A stretch of DNA of 44,393 nucleotides, taken from assembly GCA_032718475.1 (NCBI GenBank), contig JAUCBJ010002879.1, positions 1 through 44,393 of the forward strand, read 5' to 3'. Every line of letters begins with the position of its first letter. Positions within the stretch are counted from its first letter, which is position 1. The stretch comes from Nemertoderma westbladi (Eukaryota > Animalia > Xenacoelomorpha). The notes beneath the pieces were generated by a model. It searched no databases, was not told the origin of the DNA, and saw only the letters and a program-made list of their open reading frames with translations. Positions 35,979-44,393 of the stretch are shown here, one piece after another. A program made the translations under genes and the position numbers.

Positions 35979-36968
35979 TAGAGTTGAAACAGAGACCTGT
36001 TTTTCTTAATCCCGGTAAACCAGAGCCCTACCCGGAGAATTATTTTGAAAAATACCGGAGACCAGAGCCGGAGATCAGAGACTTTGCTTATTTTTCTACT
36101 TACAATTTGATTACTCCCCTATAGCACAAACAGGTACATACGGCCTTAGAACTATTTTTCTATGGTTGAATTACAGTAAAGTAAATCCAACCCATTTCAA
36201 ATCTTACCCATTGTAAGAAACTAACCGCACGTACAGTTTGGGGGGCTTAATTAATATTAATTTGGTTATTTGTATATTAATTCGTTCTTATTTTGTTATT
36301 GTTAGTAATATGTTACGTTACCTAATTTTGTTTTGCACCATTAGGTACCGGTACTTTGTTAATTAAAGGCACTTATTTTACAATTGTTCAAATCATAAAC
36401 ATTTCAATATACTATAAACTTAATCATTTACGAATACTTAGTGCACAGGTATCGCCCCATTTACAAGCCTCGTTACGCTCGTTCTTTCCATTTGGTCGTC
36501 ATATTATCTATCCCATAACAAATTGAATGGAGATCAGCCCTTTCTTTCACTTTTAAACTTTATGGGAGCTCAAATTAAGCACCCTTATCCTTAAATAAGA
36601 ACGACCTTTAGGTGCTAGTTTAACTTAAAATTAAACGAACCTTAAATTAATTAAATAGAAGATTATTGGTACATTTATAAGAAATATAAATAGTGTAAAA
36701 GTGAATATTATATAATTGTGTTGAAGTGGTGTATTAAAAATAGTTAAAAATTAAAGAAATAATTGTAAAAAATTTGTGAAAAATTATCTTCATTTCACAT
36801 TTTGTGTTGTACAGGATCTATTTTTAAATATCTATTTCTAATTTGTAAAATCACTGATCTCTGGGTAAAATGTATGTTTTCAATACCCGGGAACCAGAGA
36901 CCTATCCGGAGACCAAAAAACTGCCCGGAGAATCCAGAGAACAGTGACAAGTCTCTGTTTCAACTCTA
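35979..36968. mobile_element. hAT-like non-autonomous element in intron 4 of the minus-strand gene
   Basis: Perfect 18-bp TIR TAGAGTTGAAACAGAGAC; subterminal CCGGAG/CCAGAG repeats at both ends. Flanks TAGCCATT and GGCCCATT match at 5/8 (degenerate TSD). Confidence 0.8.
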
Positions 36969-37105
36969 GGCCCATTACTCACAATCACAGATGTAATACG
37001 GCGCGCCATTAATAATTCCAATATAAAAAGCCAACCCTTGAGTAACCAATTAACACGATTTATCTAAAACTATAATATTTCCAGTGGTAACCCATAGCTA
37101 CCTAC

Positions 37106-37251
37106 CATAAGAACTTCCCGTTCTTCCACCGTAGTCATGGTAACTACCCAGGTGCGATGCATAACCATTATCGGCCTCTACTCGAACTTTAGGATCCACT
37201 GATTGGTTAAGTAAACCACCCAATGACAACCGGCGTGGAACACTCCGCATC
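37106..37251 (-). CDS. Unknown minus-strand gene, exon 4 (MRSVPRRLSLGG...RTGSSY)
   Basis: Acceptor TATCTTTCTAG|G, donor ATG|GTAGGT; 146 bp, phase 2 to 1, in frame with exons 3 and 5. Confidence 0.7.
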
Positions 37252-37351
37252 CTAGAAAGATAGACTCTTAATAAAATGAATTCAAGGTCATTTCTCATGG
37301 ATATATTAACAATGAGTATAAAATAAATGGACGGATCAATCATGGATGTCC

Positions 37352-37525
37352 TTTTTTCTCACGCGTGTTGGGGTGTTTGTGTGTTTGTGTGTTTGTTTGT
37401 ACACACAACTTCTTGCGCTTAATGTTGATGAAATTGGATGAAACATTGATGATAGATTCATTATCGGACCTAGTTGTGTATGCAAGGTTTTGGTTGCGAG
37501 GGACCTGTTGGTTTCCTAGCAACAG
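37352..37525. mobile_element. Helentron/DINE-like (HINE) fragment
   Basis: T-run start, (TGTT/TGTG)n microsatellite, then aacttcttgcgc...gatgaaattggatgaaac. Architecture resemblance only. Confidence 0.35.
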
Positions 37526-37625
37526 TGAAATTTATTCTAGAATGACCGATCATAATCGTAGAATTCACTCAATCAAAATTCTGTCCACACCCCATAGAGA
37601 GCATTTATTGGACATGCAAAATTTC

Positions 37626-39096
37626 CGCCCATGTGAAGAATACCAGGATTTCACTTTTCGGTCGACTTTTTATTGGAATTTTATATATGAAGATTTTTTA
37701 TTTTTTTTAATTTATCTTTATTAAGTGTTTTATAGCGCTTATTTCTGCCTTTTAACCTGGACATATACCAATTCGTTTATTGTTTTTGGTTAGATTCAGC
37801 CCTTCTGTTACCTGTGTTTGTTCGCGCTTTTAGACCTTTAGCAGTTTAACCTGCCAAATTTAGGTGTCTTCTAGGTTATAAATCGACTTTAGCCTATGAC
37901 AAGTATTTGATACACCTAAAACTACATTAGCTGAAGCCAGCCTATGCGCGACCATTCACCCACTGGATTTACCCGGGAGACTGGATTCTGAAGCTCTGAC
38001 CTTATTGCGGTGTAGGTCTACTGTACTATTCGATTGATCGTTAATATATAATCTCTGACAAATATTATTCACTTTCGGGAAATATTAACAGTTCCTTTAG
38101 GACGTGGCGCTCTAAGTATGTAAACAGAGTTATGACTTACACTAAACACAACGGGATGGCTAATGATTCACGTATAAAGCGCATTCTTTAGGAAATGCTT
38201 TGTTATCTGTCACACTCATGCACACTACCGCACACTGCTGCACACTGATCTGCCGACCTTCACTAATTTTAATCATATATAAGGAGAACAGCAACCGACA
38301 CATGTAGGGCCTATGAAATAGCATTCAATTCACTCCAAAACCACTATAATGTAAGTCGCAATTGCTATATGTAACCGGTCTCTCTAACCTTCAGTATATC
38401 AAGAAGATTGGGGTTTTCTGATTATTTATCGATATTCTCCAAATATAACAACATTCCATCAACTGATACAATTAATAACCGACAGTAAATAGCAGTAAAA
38501 TAATGCGGTGAAAGGTATGTATAATTTAAGATGCTGAGTTAATGCGTGACTTGATATGATAACAGTTATACGTTTCTATGATCAAAGCCGATCTAATGTT
38601 TGGCTAAAGTCTGAAACACAGAATAATTCCAAAGCCGGTGTTCTGGCATCAGGAAAAAAGGTAAACATAAACCATAATGCATTGCGCGATTTCCCGGAGG
38701 TTTCTGTACAAATAAAATGAAAATCGCTCTGATTGGTCTACCGAACAAAGAAGAAAGAAAAAGTTACACGTGGACATATCAGCTGATAGATGTCGTCATC
38801 TGAAATACACTGTATCAAGAGTATTTTGGCGTATTGCGACATAAAATCGCTAGTTATGTCCGCTAAAGTACACATACAGAAGAAATGGCTTTTTATGTCC
38901 ACTAAAACACCTGTACAGTAAGGAAACGGCTTTTTATGTCCGCTAAAACACCTACAGAGTACTTTGCGGGGAAAATAACCAGCTAAATCCGCAAAAGCCT
39001 TTACAGTGTTTTTGGTGAAAACCCGGTATTCTTCACATGGGGATAACTGCAAAGTGAAATATAACGGCAGAAAGTCTGATATTCTTCACATGGGCG
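37626..39096. mobile_element. Unclassified non-autonomous DNA transposon, 1.47 kb
   Basis: Perfect 17-bp TIR CGCCCATGTGAAGAATA; perfect 8-bp TSD AAAATTTC at 37618-37625 and 39097-39104. Confidence 0.88.
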
Positions 39097-39132
39097 AAAA
39101 TTTCACTATATTTCGTTTAGAATTGAAGGAGA

Positions 39133-39338
39133 GGCCCATGTGAAGAATACCACAATTTCTGCCGTTATATTTCACTTTGCAGTTACCCCCATGTGAAGAA
39201 TATCAGGTTTTCACCAAAAACAAAGGTTGCAGAAGGGCTGAATCTAACCCAAACAATAAACGAATTAGTATATGTACATATAAAATTCCAATAAAAAGTC
39301 GACCGAAAAGTGAACTCCAGGTATTCTTCACATGGGCG
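39133..39338. mobile_element. 206-bp internally deleted, inverted copy of the 37626-39096 element
   Basis: Consists of the reverse complements of about 39007-39096, 37760-37812 and 37626-37688. Flanks GAAGGAGA and GTAGGATA match at 6/8. Confidence 0.85.
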
Positions 39339-39564
39339 GTAGGATAAAATACATTTCCTGCAGACAGTGCTTTTTTTTAACTTACAATATATTTTTTACT
39401 ATTACTATATTGTGTACTTTGCCCAAGGCTTCGTTTTTCGTTTTTCGAGGATGCCCTGCATACTCGTGTACCGTAATTTATTTCTTACACCAACAATATT
39501 GATAGCAATAGATCCGTCCATTATTGCCAGCTCTCGCTGGCAAGCTTGTGCATTAATGACATAC

Positions 39565-39782
39565 CTTTGAGTCAAGGCAGAGGAATTATTAGAACCATGC
39601 TGACTGGCGTAGCGTGGTGCCGTGGTGCCCGAGGGTAGTCTACCTCCAGACAGGGACGTCGGTTGTAACTGGGACTGCAGGCGTGCGAGGGCTTCGTATT
39701 GGTTGCTAGGCAACTGGTTATAAGAACCTGCTATAGTCAGGGGCTGGGTCTCGTTTCTATGGTCGTGTTTATGTTCGGAATT
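39565..39782 (-). CDS. Unknown minus-strand gene, exon 3 (NSEHKHDH...SSALTQR)
   Basis: Acceptor TATTTTTCAG|AAT, donor AAG|GTATGT; 218 bp, phase 0 to 2, open, GC-richer than its flanks. Confidence 0.7.
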
Positions 39783-40287
39783 CTGAAAAATATATTTGAT
39801 CAAAATAAAACGAAGTGGTGTTGAAATGATAATACAACTGCACAACCCCCAGGTCATTGATGAACCAAATCTCAATGAGCCACCCGACAGGAACCAAATT
39901 ACGGTTAGATTAACGATAATTGGGTTTTAAAGGTGAAAACAAATAATGTTACCCTGGCAACAATACGACTTAGAAACAAGGTGCCTTCGGTCGAGGAGTT
40001 ATAGGGTCGACCTGTTAACAACAGATCTAACGGCACATCTCACCAGGCTCCTATTACTTTAGTAATACGATCAGAAATAGTTCAGCCCAATTAATTAACC
40101 ACAATTTTCCTAATAAGGCAGTAAGTAATTAAATAACCAATTAAAGTTTCATCTAAAATACATTTATTATAGAATTCATAACAGCGATTGGCCAATTTAT
40201 TATAATACGTAACGTATATTACTAGCGTTTATTATATTACTAAAATAATAATTAAACAAAATAATTAACATACAGATTGCTACTAAC

Positions 40288-40479
40288 CGAAGTGAGTTTT
40301 TCGCTATCGTTGTGGCGGTTGCTCTGTAGCAACCGATGAACCAGGTCTACAACCCCGCATCCGCGAATCAGATTGTCTCGTCGAACCAATCCCGATATTC
40401 GCTCCAGTTCCTCGTGTTCAATTATGCTTACCGGTTGGGTTGAATCAAAGTCAACCAAGTCGGTGTCCGGTTTCATCGC
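40288..40479 (-). CDS. Unknown minus-strand gene, exon 2 (AMKPDTDLVDFD...SEKLTS)
   Basis: T-rich acceptor (...TTTTTTAG|GCG); 192-bp open frame, phase 0 to 0; donor TCG|GTTAGT. There is an alternative in-frame donor CCG|GTAAGC after 40432. Confidence 0.6.
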
Positions 40480-40569
40480 CTAAAAAAATACAAAATCATC
40501 GGCAATATCATTCATGTCATTCTACTCAAACTGACTCTCCTGTTATCAGTCGCAGTTTACAATAATTAC

Positions 40570-40581
40570 TTCGCTACCCAT
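40570..40581 (-). CDS. Unknown minus-strand gene, putative first coding exon (MGSE)
   Basis: GCCATGG Kozak context with an in-frame stop just upstream, followed by donor GAA|GTAATT and a 90-bp intron to the next acceptor. This is the least secure exon; the true start could lie further upstream. Confidence 0.4.
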
Positions 40582-40722
40582 GGCTTGAAATTACGACACT
40601 CGTCGACAATGCAATCCTCGCTACGATCCAGAATTAAACCGACTCGTAATTTAATTAGAGAACCCCCTTTTTGCCCCTTATTAATTTGAATTCGATTGGA
40701 ACGAGTAAGGGAAGCCGGGAAC

Positions 40723-43700
40723 GTCCAGTCTACACACGTTAGTGGGGACAGGGAGGAAACTGGTATGTCCAGTCTACACACGTTAGTGGGGACAGGGTAG
40801 GGAGGAAATTGGTATGTCCACGTCCAGTCTATACACGTTAGTGGGGACAGGAAGGAGACTGGTATGTCCAGTCTACACACGTTAGTGGAGACAGGGGGGA
40901 AACTGGTATGTCCAGTCTACACACGTTAGTGGAGACAGGGGGGAAACTGGTATGTCCAGTCTACACACGTTAGTGGGGACAGGGAGGAAACTGGTATGTC
41001 CAGTCTACACACGTTAGTGGCGACAGGGAGGAAACTGGTTTGTCCAGTCTACACACGTTAGTGGAGACAGGGAGGAAACTGGTTTGTCCAGTCTACACAC
41101 GTTAGTGGAGACAGGGAGGAAACTGGTATGTCCACGTCTAGTCTACACACGTTAGTGGGGACAGGGAGGAAACTGGTATGTCCACGTCTAGTCTACACAC
41201 GTTAGTGGGGACAGGGAGGAAACTGGTATGTCCAGTCTACACACGTTAGTGGAGACAGGGGGGAAACTGGAATGTCCAGTCTACACACGTTAGTGGGACA
41301 GGGGGAAACTGGTATGTGCAGTCTACACACGTTAGTGGGGACAGGGAGGAAACTGGTATGTCCAGTCTACACACGTTAGTGGAGACAGGGTAGGGAGGAA
41401 ATTGGTATGTCCAGTCTACACACGTTAGTGGGGACAGGGAGGAAACTGGTATGTCCAGTCTACACACGTTAGTGGAGACAGGGGGGAAACTGGAATGTCC
41501 AGTCTACACACGTTAGTGGGGACAGGGAGGAAACTGGTATGTCCAGTCTACACACGTTAGTGGAGACAGGGGGGAAACTGGAATGTCCAGTCTACACACG
41601 TTAGTGGAGACAGGGAGGAAGCTGGTATGTCCAGTCTACACACGTTAGTGGAGACAGGGGGGAAACTGGAATGTCCAGTCTACACACGTTAGTGGGGACA
41701 GGGAGGAAACTGGAATGTCCAGTCTACACACGTTAGTGGGACAGGGGGAAACTGGTATGTGCAGTCTACACACGTTAGTGGAGACAGGGGGGAAACTGGA
41801 ATGTCCAGTCTACACACGTTAGTGGGACAGGGGGAAACTGGTATGTCCAGTCTACACACGTTAGTGGAGACAGGGGGGAAACTGGAATGTCCAGTCTACA
41901 CACGTTAGTGGGACAGGGGGAAACTGGTATGTCCAGTCTACACACGTTAGTGGAGACAGGGGGGAAACTGGAATGTCCAGTCTACACACGTTAGTGGGAC
42001 AGGGGGAAACTGGTATGTCCAGTCTACACACGTTAGTGGAGACAGGGGGGAAACTGGAATGTCCAGTCTACACACGTTAGTGGGACAGGGGGAAACTGGT
42101 ATTTGCAGTCTACACACGTTAGTGGAGACAGGGGGAAAACTGGTATGTCCACGTCTAGTCTACACACGTTAGTGGGGACAGGGAGGAAACTGGTATGTCC
42201 AGTCTACACACGTTAGTGGAGACAGGGGGGAAACTGGAATGTCCAGTCTACACACGTTAGTGGGACAGGGGGAAACTGGTATGTGCAGTCTACACACGTT
42301 AGTGGGGACAGGGAGGAAACTGGTATGTCCAGTCTACACACGTTAGTGGAGACAGGGTAGGGAGGAAATTGGTATGTCCAGTCTACACACGTTAGTGGGG
42401 ACAGGGAGGAAACTGGTATGTCCAGTCTACACACGTTAGTGGAGACAGGGGGGAAACTGGAATGTCCAGTCTACACACGTTAGTGGGGACAGGGAGGAAA
42501 CTGGTATGTCCAGTCTACACACGTTAGTGGAGACAGGGGGGAAACTGGAATGTCCAGTCTACACACGTTAGTGGAGACAGGGAGGAAGCTGGTATGTCCA
42601 GTCTACACACGTTAGTGGAGACAGGGGGGAAACTGGAATGTCCAGTCTACACACGTTAGTGGGGACAGGGAGGAAACTGGAATGTCCAGTCTACACACGT
42701 TAGTGGGACAGGGGGAAACTGGTATGTGCAGTCTACACACGTTAGTGGAGACAGGGGGGAAACTGGAATGTCCAGTCTACACACGTTAGTGGGACAGGGG
42801 GAAACTGGTATGTCCAGTCTACACACGTTAGTGGAGACAGGGGGGAAACTGGAATGTCCAGTCTACACACGTTAGTGGGACAGGGGGAAACTGGTATGTC
42901 CAGTCTACACACGTTAGTGGAGACAGGGGGGAAACTGGAATGTCCAGTCTACACACGTTAGTGGGACAGGGGGAAACTGGTATGTCCAGTCTACACACGT
43001 TAGTGGAGACAGGGGGGAAACTGGAATGTCCAGTCTACACACGTTAGTGGGACAGGGGGAAACTGGTATTTGCAGTCTACACACGTTAGTGGAGACAGGG
43101 GGAAAACTGGTATGTCCAGTCTACACACGTTAGTGGGGACAGGGAGGAAACTGGTATGTCCAGTCTAGTCTACACACGTTAGTGGAGACAGGGAGGTAAC
43201 TGGTATGTCCATGTCCAATCTACCCACGTTAGTGGAGACAGGGGGGAAACTGGAATGTCCAGTCTACACACGTTAGTGGGACAGGGGGAAACTGGTATGT
43301 GCAGTCTACACACGTTAGTGGAGACAGGGGGAAAACTGGTATGTCCAGTCTACACACGTTAGTGGGACAGGGGGAAACTGGTATGTCCAGTCTACACACG
43401 TTAGTGGAGACAGGGGGGAAACTGGAATGTCCAGTCTACACACGTTAGTGGGGACAGGGAGGAAACTGGTATGTCCAGTCTAGTCTACACACGTTAGTGG
43501 AGACAGGGGGAAACTGGTATGTCCAGTCTACACACGTTAGTGGAGACAGGGGGAAACTGGAATGTCCAGTCTACACACGTTAGTGGGACAGGGGGAAACT
43601 GGTATGTGCAGTCTACACTCGTTAGTGGAGACAGGGGGAAAACTGGTATGTCCAGTCTACACACGTTAGTGGGACAGGGGGAAACTGGTATGTCCAGTCT

Positions 43701-44393
43701 ACACACGTTAGTGGAGACAGGGGGGAAACTGGAATGTCCAGTCTACACACGTTAGTGGGACAGGGGGAAACTGGTATGTGCAGTCTACACACGTTAGTGG
43801 GGACAGGGAGGAAACTGGTATGTCCAGTCTACACACGTTAGTGGAGACAGGGTAGGGAGGAAATTGGTATGTCCAGTCTACACACGTTAGTGGGGACAGG
43901 GAGGAAACTGGTATGTCCAGTCTACACACGTTAGTGGAGACAGGGGGGAAACTGGAATGTCCAGTCTACACACGTTAGTGGGGACAGGGAGGAAACTGGT
44001 ATGTCCAGTCTACACACGTTAGTGGAGACAGGGGGGAAACTGGAATGTCCAGTCTACACACGTTAGTGGAGACAGGGAGGAAGCTGGTATGTCCAGTCTA
44101 CACACGTTAGTGGAGACAGGGGGAAACTGGAATGTCCAGTCTACACACGTTAGTGGGGACAGGGAGGAAACTGGAATGTCCAGTCTACACACGTTAGTGG
44201 GACAGGGGGAAACTGGTATGTGCAGTCTACACACGTTAGTGGAGACAGGGGGGAAACTGGAATGTCCAGTCTACACACGTTAGTGGGACAGGGGGAAACT
44301 GGTATGTCCAGTCTACACACGTTAGTGGAGACAGGGGGGGAACTGGAATGTCCAGTCTACACACGTTAGTGGGACAGGGGGAAACTGGTATGT
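40723..44393. repeat. About 44-bp tandem array (at least 80 copies, runs off the window) with higher-order structure
   Basis: Unit GTCCAGTCTACACACGTTAGTGG(G/A)GACAGGG(A/G)GGAAACTGG(T/A)AT. Rare variants recur at a 967-bp offset. Confidence 0.99.

Noticed and set aside
39702-39714. RFX X-box GTTGCTAGGCAAC (similar strings at 39948, 40318, 37510, 3398)
   Set aside because: Most fall in predicted coding exons or repeats, which suggests such matches arise by chance here.

Overview
AT-rich, repeat-dense animal (probably invertebrate) nuclear DNA; the species cannot be determined from this window. It contains one firmly identifiable gene, a two-exon FoxQ2-class forkhead transcription factor (+, 11242-11733 joined to 14115-14687, 354 aa) with a C-terminal EH1-like motif. 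It also contains a second, unrecognised six-exon gene model on the minus strand (40581 to 34941, about 273 aa), convergent with FoxQ2. That model is not visible as a single ORF, but its GT-AG junctions join in frame and its exons fall between transposon insertions. About a quarter of the window is tandem arrays (units of 17-21, 28/38, 21, 27, 18, 34, 28 and 44 bp), and most long ORFs in the supplied track are artefacts of these. The rest includes four RTE-type LINE fragments, several degraded SINEs, and non-autonomous DNA transposons defined by terminal inverted repeats (TIRs) and, in several cases, target-site duplications (TSDs). There is no CRISPR array, intact transposase, rRNA or complete tRNA gene. 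All calls were made by eye with no database search.
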